Both the position numbers and the translations under genes were made by a program. Source: Octopus sinensis (Eukaryota). Taken from it: a stretch of 64,000 bases of DNA. Within the stretch, counting starts at the first letter, position 1. Every line of letters starts with the position of its first letter. The DNA lies in contig NC_043009.1 of assembly GCF_006345805.1 (NCBI RefSeq), positions 69,750,001 to 69,814,000 of the forward strand, given 5' to 3'. Below are positions 28,547 through 41,858 of the stretch, piece by piece. A model generated the notes under the pieces. It was not told the DNA's origin. It ran no database searches and was given only the letters and a program-made list of their open reading frames with translations.

Positions 28547-28569
28547 TATATATATGTATATGTATATAT

Positions 28570-31500
28570 AAATCCTTAAATCCTTAAAAATGTTTTAGCC
28601 CGAAGGCCGCGGCCATGCTGGGGCACCACCGCTGAATGAGCTACACTAGTTTGTGAATCCACCTCTGATACGTGGCACTTGATCAACAAGGGAGTTCGAT
28701 GCTGCTGCCCGCATCCGTGTCTCCTGTCGTGAGGTAGGTTCATCTGGGACTCCCAACAAGAAGAGATCCAGTTTAGTTTTAAAGAAACCCACATCCACAC
28801 CATGTAAGTCTCTCAGGCATTTAGGGAGGATGTTAAAGAGCTGTGGTCCTCTGAAACCACAAGCTGTTGCAGTATCTGGACCTGTATTTGATGGTGATGT
28901 TGGAATCCTTGGCACCACGCAGCGGCGCCCCGTTCTGCGGTTGGAGTAACTTTGAATGCCAAAGTTTGGGACAAGACCCTCCAGGATTTTCCAGATGTAT
29001 ATCACTGCATATCTCTCCCGCCTCCGCTCCAGGGAGAAGAGGTTTAATACCTTCAGTCTTTCCCAGTAGCTGACATTTTGCATTGAGACGATTTTCTTTG
29101 TGTAGCTTCTCTGAGTTGCTTCGAGTTCTGCTGTTTGTTTTATATTGTGTGGTGACCAAAGTTGGGAGCAGTAGTCCAAGCGGCTGAGGACAAATGTTTT
29201 CCATAAGACCATCAGTGTCTCCTTCTCTCTTGTTCTGAAAGTTCGGAGAATCCATCCAGCTAGCCGTCTGCATTTTATCACCAGATTAGCAATATGCTTT
29301 GGAAAGATGCATCATTGCTCATGTCAATGCCCAGGTCACGCACTGATTTTGACTCAGGGATTGCAATTCTTCCTGGGCAGTGTATCCAGTCTTCACGTCA
29401 TTTACCTTTGTGTGCCAGTAGCGCAGGGCCTGGAACTACTTACTGCATTAAACTGCATGTTGTTGTCCTCAGCCCACCTGTATATTGTGTCCAGCTCATG
29501 TTGCAGATGCGCAATTTTCAGGGTTTTGTATTGCGTGGGAGACTTTTGTATCATCTGCATAGCTAGCAAGGGTGGTCATCGTAGCAACTGAAGGCATGTC
29601 TGAAAGGGCACTATGAACATCAGTGGCCCCAAGACAGTGCCCTGTGGGACACCGCTTGTTATTTGCGTTTCCCTGGAGGTGGCTCCATTGCTCACAACTG
29701 CCTGTTTTCTGTCTTTAGGAAGTTGTGCAGCACTCTCCAAGTTTCCCGCCTATGCCGAGACCACGCAGTTTGTGAACAGATCATACCATGGTCGACTTTA
29801 TCAAAGGCTTTTGCAAAGTCAAGATATATTACATCCACATTTGAGCCATTTAGTAGCTGTTTCAACACCCAGTCATAGTGTTGCAGGAGCTGTGTTAGGC
29901 AGCCTCTACTGGTCGAAATCCATGCTGGGTGTCAGACAGTAAGTCATTTTCTTAAGGAAACATGATTAGTTCTTACGGACTATTCGTTCCATGAGTTTGC
30001 TGATGTGTGAGGTCAGAGAGATAGGCCTATAATTTTTAGCATCTGCTCTGCTACCTCCCTTATGGATAGGGCATATTACCCCCTCTTTCAGTTTGACTGG
30101 GAGCTTACCACTTGCAAGAAAGCTCTGAAAAAGAAGCTGTAGCGGTTTTGCAAGGGCTCGTTTGCACGATTTGAGAAGGATCGCTGGGAATCCATCAGGT
30201 CCAGCAGCTGAGTTTGTGTCAATCTCATCAATGGCTAGTGTGATATCATCTTCTTCGATGTGATGTACTCAATTTTTGTCTCTTTGGTCGCTGGTAAAGT
30301 GGCAAAGAATTCTTCTGGGTTGTTTACTTGCCTGTGTCCTAGAGGTGTAGTGAACACACTTTGGAACTGTTCATTCAGATTTCACTTATCCTCGTGGGAT
30401 TTCCTGTGAGAGAGCCATCTTTTTGGAAGAGAGGTCCTATTCTCTGGTGCACTGTGGCTGTCTTTGGAACTTAAAGAAAGCTTTAGGGTTGATTTTATAT
30501 TTTCTATTACCCAAGCTTCTTTATGCTCTCTCCTTTTCATGGGACTGATGTAGACTTTCTCAGTTCCATTAGCATTCTTTCGAGCCGAGACTTCTCACCA
30601 CTTTTGGTGTGCTTGCTCAGGCGGTTTCCAATCCTTGTCGTCGTCTCATAAGAATCCTCCTTTCTCTAGGGATCCTGTTTTGTTCTTGTGTGTGCTGGCC
30701 CTGCACATTGGGACATATTTGTCACATAGGCTTGTATTATGGACATGAAGTGTTTGTGTTTCATGTTTATGTCCGGTGTGGAGAGACATTCAGGCCAATC
30801 CTGTTTGAGGATCTCTTTCTCAATCGACTTCCAGTTGGCTTTATGAAAGTTTAAGTTGGTGAGAGATGGTGGGTGCTCGTATAGGCTGTGTGTCTGCGGG
30901 GCTTTTGTTCCATACATAGATAGCTCTATTATGTTGTGATCCGAGATCATTGTCGGCATCACATTAACATTATGGATAATATCCATATTGTTTGTAAAGC
31001 AGAGATCCAGTATATTATCTGCCCTTGTTGGTTGCAGAATATTTGCTCCATGAAAGAGGTATTTGTGAGATGGAGGAGGGACTCCACCGTGCCTGCTGAT
31101 GGTGTGTCATCCCTGGGAGCATCTGCCCCCCAGGCCATTCCACATTGGGGAGGTTAAAGTCACCCATGAAGAATACACTGTTGTGCTGTCAAGGTTGGTG
31201 AGGACTCCTATTTTTGTTAGGCAGTCTTCAAACATGCCTGAGTGTTTTGGGGCGTCTGGTGGGCGATATGTAGTGCATATGACGATATTCAGTTGTCTAT
31301 GTGTACAATTTGAGTTTCACATACTGAGTTTGAATATGACAGCAGGACTGGGGGCGTGAGGTCATCTCGGATGTACATTGCAACTCCACCATGGCTCTCC
31401 TTTTCTATCTGTGCGTATGACTGCATATTGCGGCATGTGTATTTCTGCATCACCTATATCGGGTTCAAGATGCGTTTCTGTGAGTGCCATGCATATAGCT

Positions 31501-31786
31501 TGATTGCATGTCACAAGGTCTCTCAGGAATGAAATTTTCTTTTTACAGTTTCCGCGCAGCAGCCCTCCTACATTCAGTAGAAATATTTTTGTGGTGTGTG
31601 TGTTGGTGTTGGTGTCTGTGGTGGCCATCCTGCATCTGTTGGAGGTGGCCTTATGTGGTGGCAGTTCCAGCTTTGTGCTTGTAGCCAGGTCAGCTGCTGA
31701 ACAATTTTTTGTGCCATGCACAAAAAAGACTGCTGTTCAGCTGCCGCCCTTCTCACATCTGGGTGAAGCTGGCCACCTGTTGGGTG
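28570..31786 (-). mobile_element. Near-complete but disabled ORF2 of a CR1/L2-type LINE (APE endonuclease plus RT), copy 3
   Basis: IFLLNVGGL, ALTETHL, RTDR (APE start), SDHNII, GPDG, YRPISLTS, DFAKAFDKVDH, SGVPQGTVLGP, YADDTK, LERRRERY. Many frameshifts. (aaggattt)n tail. Confidence 0.95.
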
Positions 31787-31843
<57 letters not shown>

Positions 31844-32089
31844 GTATATGTATATATATATGTATATATATGGAAGTCCACCTGAAGATTGTCGATCAAG
31901 ACAAGAAACGATTGTAGTGGCGGTTTTTTTGACTATTTATTAAAATTTATGTATTGATTAAGTCTTTCCTTGTTTGTTTTGCAAAATAGTGGTTTTGTCT
32001 CGAATAATATTTTATAATATTTTACTATAAAATCGATTTAATCCTAAATCTGATTTTTTTCCTGTAAATTTGGATTTATTCCCTAATAT

Positions 32090-32167
32090 TTATTAGTATA
32101 TATATATATATAATATAATATATATAATATATATATATATAATATATATATGTATATATAATATATG

Positions 32168-32224
<57 letters not shown>

Positions 32225-32257
32225 GTATATAATATATATGTATATTATATATATATG

Positions 32258-32309
<52 letters not shown>

Positions 32310-32311
32310 TG

Positions 32312-32363
<52 letters not shown>

Positions 32364-32606
32364 GTATATACATATATTAGGATATATATATATATATATA
32401 TGGTATATATATGTATATATATATATGTATATATATATATGTATATATATATATGTATATATATATCTATTATTATATATATATGTATAATATATGTATA
32501 TATATATATATGTATATTATATATATGTATATATATGTATAATATATATGTATATATATATATATATGTATATATATTATATATATATATGTTATATATA
32601 TATATG

Positions 32607-32640
<34 letters not shown>

Positions 32641-32673
32641 GTATATATATATATATGTAGATATATATATATG

Positions 32674-32722
<49 letters not shown>

Positions 32723-32921
32723 GTAATATATATATATATATATGTATTTATATATATATATATATGTATATATAGTTATATATATATGATATATAATATA
32801 TGTATATATATATGTAGTATATATATATGTATTATATATATATAGGATGTATATATATATATATGATATATATATATATGTATATATAATATATGTATAT
32901 ATATATATATGTATATATATG

Positions 32922-32954
<33 letters not shown>

Positions 32955-33017
32955 GTATATATATTTATATATATATGTGTATATATATATATGATATATA
33001 TATTATATGTATATATG

Positions 33018-33069
<52 letters not shown>

Positions 33070-33159
33070 ATATATCTGTATATTATGTATATATATATAA
33101 TGTATATTATGTATATATATATATATATTGTTATATATATATATATGTATATATATATG

Positions 33160-33192
<33 letters not shown>

Positions 33193-33257
33193 GTATATAT
33201 ATATATATGTATATATATGTATATATATATATATGTATATATAGTATATATATATGT
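32090..33257. repeat. Very long interrupted (TA)n array
   Basis: Direct inspection; source of the YIYI ORFs. Confidence 0.96.
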
Positions 33258-34130
33258 AAATTTCAAGCCTTACAATATCAAGCTGTAAACACATATACAT
33301 TACAACACAACTATACTGGTCCAGGAGGGATCGAAATCCCAGTATCGAAATCAATTAGGATCTGGGGATAGACATGAGTGACGATGCATCTTTTTCTTCA
33401 CACATCGCGAAGGTGGCGACAATGTGCAGACGACTCACTGGCTGGATCCTGAGGACATTCCGGACAAGAGACTGCGAGACCATGTTGACACTATGGAGGA
33501 CATTTGTCCTTGTCCTAAGCCGCCGGACTACTGCTCCCAACTGTGGTCACCGCATAGTGTCAAACTAACCACAGAGCTTGAGACAATCCAAAGACATTTC
33601 ACCAAGAGGATTTCCACCATGAAAGAAAAGAACTATGGGGAGAGGCTTAGGGAACTCAATTTGTACTCCTTGGAACGAAGACGAGAGAGATATGCAGTGA
33701 TGATATACATATGGAAAATCCTGGAGGGACTAGCACCAAATTTTGGAATGAGAGCTGTTCCAATCCCCGTACAGGACGTCACTGTGTGGTGCCAAAGGTC
33801 CCGTCTTCCACATCCAGGGTAAGGAGCAGATACTGTAATAGCCTGGGGTTCAGGGGCCCTCAGCTGTTCAACAAACTGCCAAGAAAAACTAAGAGATCTA
33901 CATGATGCGGATGTGGACATTTCAAAAAAATCTAGACAAGCTGCTTCCGGGATTCCCAGATGAACCCACTGCAAGGTACGAAGGGAACCTAAGGGCAGCA
34001 GCTACAAACTCTCTCTTAGATCAGTGGCCAGCCACGGCAAACTGGACTTAGAGAGGGTAGCAACAAGGGCGGTGCCCCAATGGCCTCAGCCGGATGGGCT
34101 GAATGAAACAAGTAAAAGAGTAAAAAGAGT
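33258..34130 (+). mobile_element. 5'-truncated CR1/L2-type LINE, copy 4
   Basis: KFQALQY, DYCSQLWSP, RLRELNLYSLERRRERY, GFRGPQLFN and a gtaaaaga tandem tail. Confidence 0.92.
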
Positions 34131-34187
34131 ATATATATATGTATATATATATATGTATATATATATATGTATATGTATATATGTATA

Positions 34188-34250
<63 letters not shown>

Positions 34251-34399
34251 GTATATATTCATGTCCGTATATAGGTATATAGTATGTCTGTGTGTCACAC
34301 GTGTGCAAGTTGCGTGCTGCGCTGTCAGACCTGTCAGTCAATGACAATGATAAAGCTGTTACTTCAAACTGTCCTCTTCCCATTTATCACACGATGCAA

Positions 34400-35000
34400 T
34401 ATGAGCAGCAGCAGCAGCAGCAGCAGCAGCATCATTATCAAACGCTGAGCAATACTGCAATCATAATAATCGCTTTCAGCAAACACCACCACCACCACCA
34501 CCACCACCACTATTAGCGTTACAACCATCGCAGCTCAACCTCCTCTACAACCCCCCCCCCCCCCATCAACCTCGCGACCATCACCTCTTCCGCCGCAAAT
34601 CCAAAATCTCTGCCCTAACCATCCCCCAACACAACCACTCACCACAACATCAACAACAGCAAAAAGCTGCCATTACTACTACCACCTCCACCACCGCTAC
34701 TACTACTAGCACCACCACCACTAATAATACTAGCACCACATCCAGCACCGCTACTACTATTACTACAAGCACCACCACTACCACTACTACTAGTAAAACA
34801 ACAACTACCGCTACTACCACCAAATCAACTAGCAGTATCACCACTACAACCACCATCACCGCTACAACTAATAATAGCCTTATAACCACAGCCATCATCA
34901 GCCACCCCGCTGGAAGAATTACAACCACCTCCGCAAACACCCCCGACGCCACCACCACCATCGCCACCGCCACCACCACCGCCGCCTACCATAACCCGAC
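34400..35000. repeat. Degenerate trinucleotide low-complexity tract (CAG, CAC, ACT/ACC)
   Basis: Direct inspection. Confidence 0.9.
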
Positions 35001-35905
35001 TATCGTATCATCAGTTATTCTGTCTCGAAATACATGAGATTGTTACAAATATCTTTCATGGCAGACAATCAGTCAATATAATACACACTAAGCGCCTTCC
35101 CCCTCCCCCCACCCACCTCTGCTCGACCATCTTACATCAATATCAACTGATCATTTCCTTTCTAATCGATCACTCATCGAACTTATTTTATACTTGAAAT
35201 ATTGATCATTCCATGAGTATTATAATCGCCAATATGATTTCAAATCTCCCAACAGCAATTCCATCATCACCGCTGACATCATCATCATCCTCGTCGTTAT
35301 CATCATCATTCATCATCATCATCGTCATCATCGTCATCATCCATCACTTTGTTCGTTGTCATCGTTGTCCTCATAATTATCCCCCTCCCCACCATTTCAA
35401 AAATGAAACACCGAACCCATTGCATTGAGAGTCGAACGCTTGCCCTTAGATATATTTTATTGCTGACACATTTTTTTGACAATCATCCATTTTGCTCGAT
35501 ATATTAAAATATAGCCACCTATATTGGTGCCAGCCTCAAGTAACAAATAATCCCCACACTACTTCGGTGTGGGGAACCACTGTTGCTACATCAGGGGTTA
35601 ACGCTGAAAAGCACCAAAACAGATTTAAAAGGTATGAAAGAAGAATGGCAAATTAAGAAAAAAACTGAGAATCGAAAATGAACTTCAATGACAACCAGGA
35701 GCAAACAACAGCAACTTAAATTTTGGTGGCATTACAAGAACGTAAATACCTGTCGTCAGCCAACCGAATGCAAGGGAAGAACCTTGGTGGGTGGGTGTTA
35801 CGAAAGAAAATGCCTCCAGGCCCAAGGAATTTGTGCAGGAATGGACGAAAAGAAATAGTTCTGAATGGTCTTTTTGTTTTAACTGGTATCCATATCCCCT
35901 CGCAA

Positions 35906-36115
35906 GGTGGCGAGCTGGCAGAAACGTTAGCGGTATTTCGTCTGCCGTTACGTTGTGAATTCAAATTCCGCCGAGGTCGACTTTGTCTTTCATCCTTTCG
36001 GGGTCGATAAATTAAGTACCAGTTACGCACTGGGGTCGATGTAATCGACTTAATCCGTTTGTCTGTCCGTGTTTGTCCCCTCTATGTTTAGCCCCTTGTG
36101 GGTAGTAAAGAAATA
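35906..36115 (+). mobile_element. SINE family A copy with 18-bp target-site duplication
   Basis: GGTATCCATATCCCCTCG at 35885-35902 and again at 36116-36133. Confidence 0.93.
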
Positions 36116-38984
36116 GGTATCCATATCCCCTCGAAAGAAGAGATGGAATGTGGCACGATAAGTGAGTGCTCTGTCAGCCAGCGCGGGGAATTTGAAAGGG
36201 GTGACAGACGACCCTTACTTGATGCTTTAAATTTTATTCATTACAGGACTTGTTAAAGGATTGCGTCACCCAAAGATGTAAATGCAACAGAGGCGGTGAA
36301 ACGGTGCAATCGTGAGACTTGCATAAGCTTGAAAATAAACTTGGAGCAAATTAGAATAAGCTCGAAGCAAGTTCGAATAACTTCGGAGGAAATAAAATCA
36401 TTTCTTTCCAATTTATTCCACAAAGCAATCAAGCCGTATTTCTATTTTGTCGAACGCTTAACAAATTATTCTTTCATTTTGACCGACATTTTACAGAAAT
36501 ATCGAAAGCTTTTGCATGAGTTCGTCAGAATCCTTTACTTTTGAAATGCAAAACGCAATTACTTTCGTTGTAAACATACACGTTTCAATGAAACCATTCT
36601 TAACGAAAATGTCGCCGCAGTCATTCGATGCATTCAATATAAACGTTTATAAATATTCTTTAATGGTTCTTTAATGTTAACCATTCAAATTGCTGCTCTT
36701 GGTTTTGTCTCAGACACCTTCATGGTACAAATACGATGTATAAATTTTCAGTGGTAAATAATATGAACATCTCGTACAGCAAAGAATGGCTCCCCAGTCT
36801 TGTCCGACACCAGACATAAATGCACACACATAGATTTCCTGAGACTATTTATGTGGGCTTGGTTCACTTCCTTGTCTGGCAACAAATGGGGTAATAATAT
36901 ATGTTGCATGAAAAGGTATCATGGCTTTCGGGCTGGTTTTTGTCAAATGATAAAAAAAAATTCGGATTTGAAATGAATAACTTTAAGTTGGAACAATTAA
37001 AAATAATTGACAACTACGAAGTTTTACTTCAATATCTTTTCTTTGATTTGCTCTGAGATTATTTTATTTCGAGAATACTGTAATAAACTACGATTTCTAA
37101 AAACAACCTTGATTTTTAACAGAAATAGCACCGAATTCGTTTTAATATTTTTCTGGGGATATTTTGTATTTGAGATAGTATAGATGACACCCGTGATACA
37201 AAGGGCCCGCCTTGAAACACAGTGTCACGCCGAGTCGGCTTAAGACTTGTGTAAAGAGTGTATATGTCTTTAGAATAGTGGCTTACACGTTAATTTCATA
37301 CTGTTCATCAAACAACTTAATTCTCATTCCCCACGTCCACTGATAAACTATTACCGTTGGCCGGTCATTTTTGCCCCAAGCATTGATCGAGTGTAACAGA
37401 AATCATTAATTCCTTTCCTATTCGCAGTCATCTGTCGTTTAGTTTCATTACGTCTCAAATCTTCTTTGTGTCAGTCAACAATAGAAAATATATGATTTCG
37501 ACATTGCTTCTAAGTGTTATTTTCCCTTTCAACTACCAATGGTCTAAGTTCAAATTATGCGGATGTCCAGGTTAACCATAAAATATTTACTAGCAATGGA
37601 CGCCTACTTTCATTTCGTAGAGCTGCTAGAAAGATAGTTAAGAGATCACAACTTTTCTCGTGTTAAACATTTTGCCGTTGTTGTTATTGTTGGTGGTAGA
37701 GTTGTTATTCAGAACACAAAGGAAGCTTGTCACGATATCATAATTATAATACATTTCAAAAATATATATATCTCAGTAGATCATTCTTTGCATCGAATAA
37801 ATCAAGAGAGAATATCTTGAGTCTCGGGTCGCTTTCATTAAATCTCCGCAAGATCTTCTTTTGAATGTTCATTGATGTCACAGAATGTACTCCATAAATA
37901 TCTTATGGGTTTCGGTAATATCTCACTAGAACAGCGGGATATTTACACCAATTAAACACTTAAAAGTATTCTCAGATCTTGTGGAATCTTTCTCAATTTG
38001 ACAGCTTATTGTCGTGTTGTATTTATCTGATAAGTCAGTAGATTATTTGAAAACACGTCAAACTCAAACCACGATATTTACTGTTTAATGCACTTCTTTC
38101 ATATATACACACATACATACATTTATAATACACACACACGTAAACATACATAGATATGTGTATAAGTTTGTGCGCATAAAAGTTAATATCTTAATCACTG
38201 CGTGGTGGTAAGGATGGCCTTCCGTTCTATGTTTATGCTTGTAGCGTTGTGGCCCAAGAGGGAGATTTATGCATTTCGATATCTTTATATTTGTGTGTAT
38301 TTGGGCAGAGTAAGCAGTATTGTCGGTCGGACGGTTCAGTATTATGATTCCCATGTGGAAAAACAGGATTTACAAGATCTAGTAACATTCGTGTGTGACT
38401 TGCAGAATCATACACATGCTTATATTTACAGCATCTCAACCCCTGGGCATATGCCACTCCATATGTGTGTCCCATTCTGAGTGTGTGTGTATGTATCTCG
38501 GCCTGCCCTCTCTTTCCCTCTCACTGTGCCTTTCTCTCTCCATTCATATATATATATATAAGTATATACATGTCTGCGTGCGGTTTCCTTTTACGCCAAG
38601 TCACGTGTGTGCGTTCACACACATACATACACACACTCTCTCTCTTTCTCTCTCTCTTTTAGGCCAAGTAATACATCGGAATAATTCTGAATTAAATAGA
38701 AGGATTACTTATTACTTTTTAATAGACTACATATTTATTTTTTTTAAAGAAAATATTGACAGGGATTTCGAAGTCCAATGTAAGAAATCAAGTGACAAGT
38801 CGAAGTCATTGTCAAACTTTTCTTCGCAACAGTTTACAAGCATATCCACAGGCAAACTTGATATGCTTCAGATTGGACCGTCAGGGAGAGCCCTAAGCGT
38901 AATACCATGTTAATGGACTAAGAAGAGAACAGGAATTATATAAAAACATTTCAAGCTTTGATTTCACTGTTTCCTCAAAGCAGA

Positions 38985-39052
<68 letters not shown>

Positions 39053-39082
39053 CAGTCGCCATGATAGATCGTTAGCCACTAC

Positions 39083-39189
39083 ACACATTTTTTCTCTCCT
39101 TGTTTTTCTGTGTCCCTTTCTGTAGAAGAGCGTAGGCTCGAAACGTAAAAGACTGTTTCTATTCCTGAGCGTTATACTAATACATCTGT
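39083..39189 (+). repeat. Dispersed repeat family 2 copy
   Basis: Aligns with the reverse complement of 14157-14264. Confidence 0.85.
39116..39151 (+). ncRNA. Variant minimal hammerhead-like fold
   Basis: CTTT-CTGTAGA-A-GAGC-GTAG-GCTC-GAAACGTA-AAAG. Stems I and II pair perfectly and the ACGT palindrome is present, but the core has A6 changed to T. Confidence 0.45.
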
Positions 39190-39208
39190 ATGATATGGCA
39201 AGGGATTA

Positions 39209-39283
<75 letters not shown>

Positions 39284-39286
<3 letters not shown>

Positions 39287-39467
39287 TAATCCTTGCCATA
39301 TCGCGATTAACCTATCGCGGTTTATCATTTAAACTTACATAGATTCTTCCAAGGTGTTCTTTTGCATTTATAATAAAAAAATATACAGTACTGTTTCTAC
39401 TTCGCGGATTTTCACCTATCATGGGAGTTTTTGGAATGTAACACCCGCGATAGACGAGGGATTACTG
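39284..39467. mobile_element. Tigger/pogo-like MITE
   Basis: TIRs cagtaatcc..atatcgcg and cgcgatag..gggattactg, flanked by TA on both sides. Confidence 0.8.
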
Positions 39468-39504
39468 TATAAATACACACACACACACACACACACACAC
39501 ATAA

Positions 39505-40898
39505 CACTGGGGGAAAAATGAAAAAAAGGATTTGTGGTGCCTCAGGTTTTAGACCTGATTTTAGGCATATTCACTCCTACGAATAAGAATATGGCCTTCA
39601 TTTCTTGCTAGCAGCTCTACTTTTTGAGATAATGTACAGCTGCCCACACGTGAATCTGAGACAGGCTGCCGACAGGATTATTATAGAATCAGAGATGGTC
39701 TGTAATGCATTTAACGAATACTTGAATACTTATTTAAATACAATGCGTACTTAAGATAGACTTTGTATTCAAATAAGTATCAAGGCATTTGTCAAATACA
39801 CTATTGACCATCTGTGATTCTATAAAGACCCTGTCGGCGACCTGTCTCAAATTCATGTGTAGGAATCCGTACTTGTCAATAGATGTATCTTTCATGAGCC
39901 TGTCACAGCGTCTGTTTCTAGGATAGCAGAGGCATACTGGAAATGACAGAATATAGTCAGTCGAGGATTACCAGAATTTGGCAGTTTCAGAACATGATAG
40001 TAAGAGAAAAGAATGAAATTGTGGAACGACTGGTTGACCAGAATCAGATCATTTTACCAGCACTGCATATCAGATTAGGTTTAACGAAACAGCTTGTAAA
40101 GGCTCTGAACAAAGAGGAGGAGATACTTTGGCTACATCTGCAGGAAAGTTCCAGTGTTGAGCATGGAGAAGCTAAAAGCAGATACTTTTGAGAACTCACG
40201 GAAATCCACATTTCAAAGATTCAAAGAACAATGCTGAGGCAGATGCATGGTCTTCGTTCAATATGTTTGTAGAGAATTCTCTTGGGAACTATAAAACAGA
40301 TAATTACACTGAGTTAGTAGAGAGAATGCTGTCTTCTTTCTTCTGTCAGCTTGTCTGTACAATGAGTATCAAGGTGGATTGTCTCCACAGCCACTTGGAT
40401 CGTTTCCCAGAAAAGCTTGGTAACCCAAGTGAAGAGCAGGGTAAATGATTCCACCAAGATTTAAGAACTATGGAAGAAAGATACCGGACAGACTGAGACA
40501 CCCACATGACGGTAGATTACTGCTGGTCCACCCGAAGGGATTGCTCTGGTGCAGCTCACCGCAAGAAGTCTTTGAAGCGCTGCTCGAGTGAAGGCTATCA
40601 ATGACAACTTTCTATGCTTGCTCCATTGTTATCTTATTCTCTGATGTAAATTCTTCATAAATAAAAGAAATCTACGCGTATGAATGTGTTTTATTAATCC
40701 AGAAGGCAAAAATAATGATCTGTAGACATCAGTCCTGGTATCCGATTGGTCGTGTGCGTTAAAATTAGGGGTTTATCATATCTCAGTAACCAGAGGTGAT
40801 GGAAAAGAACAAACTGATGGCGTATTTATATTCAAAGACCAAAACTTACCTAAAAAAAGGTCTAATATCTTTGGCACCAATTTTCATGTTCCCCAGGG
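39505..40898 (+). mobile_element. Internally deleted Chapaev3-like DNA transposon
   Basis: Decayed transposase ILPALHIRLGL.KQLVKAL, AW.SF...NSLGN, LHSHLD.FPE.LG..SEEQG..FHQD, DYCW. Imperfect TIRs cactgggg.aa.atgaaaa..ggtgcc..ttagacc. Flanks TAA and TCA. Family name is from recalled motifs. Confidence 0.78.
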
Positions 40899-41858
40899 TC
40901 ATCAATACATCAATCAGTAGATGCACATTACAGCAATGCCGGATAAAATGTCCAATGTGTTCATAAGTCAATGTATAATTTAATAATAAATTAACATAAA
41001 TTAACGTAAATTAACATATCCATGTGTCTACTTCTATTCCTCATACCTTTCACTTCCTCCCATCCTCTCCCTCTCTTTCAATACAGTTATATATTCCGAG
41101 TAAATTCTCTTTCCATTTATAATCCAGTTTCTGTGCTTCTGCATAATTAATATCACTCATAATTTATGTAAGAATATAATATAGTGTGTGTTTGTGTATA
41201 TGTATACATATAAGTGCACGTTTGATTGTGTGTGTGTGTGTGTACGTTTTTGCGTGTGTGAATGTACGTACGAACGTACTTGCGTGTGTGTGTGTATGTG
41301 TGTGTGTGCGCGCGTACGTGTGTGTGCGTGCGTGTGTGCACGTGCATGCGTGTGTGTGCGCATCTGTTTGTCTATGTGTATCTAAGTATATATGTCGACG
41401 CAGCAAGCAACTGAAGATGGGGTGATAACAACAAAAACATCAATAACAACAATATGGGGACACCATCGACAACAACAATAGTATCAACATGAACCAGAAT
41501 TAGAAAGATGAAAAGAATATCACTAACAAAGGTTACATGGACGACAACGACGCCATCTACAATGTTTCTTCTGAAACCAAACATCACCGCCGCGAACATC
41601 AACACAACCATTAACCTCGGCAACCATTATCCTCATCATTATCAACCATCTTTGGCAAATAAAAAAAATACAAGTCTCAAAATATAAAGCAATCAAATAA
41701 AACATCAGACCAAACAAACGTTGTGAAAGATGCATGAGGTGTGTAGTTGTGGTAGCAACGATATTGCTCATGAAGGCGGTGGTGGTGGTGTCTTTGGTTC
41801 TGCTGGGTTTGGGGGTGTGAGTGTTGGCGGTTGAGAGTGGAAAGCATTTTCGACTTAC

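Noticed and set aside
34620-35038. Thr-rich mucin-like open frame on the plus strand
   Set aside because: No start codon or splice support, opposite strand to the CUB gene, and explained by degenerate ACN trinucleotide repeats.
35549-35575. GC-rich 9-bp hairpin resembling a Helitron 3' end
   Set aside because: No CTRR terminus at the expected distance on either strand.
35742-35851. Open phase 1-1 segment on the minus strand
   Set aside because: Purine-rich acceptor context and no domain similarity.
38740-38915. Plus-strand open frame, possibly an RTE remnant or exon
   Set aside because: Only vague motif resemblance; not supportable.
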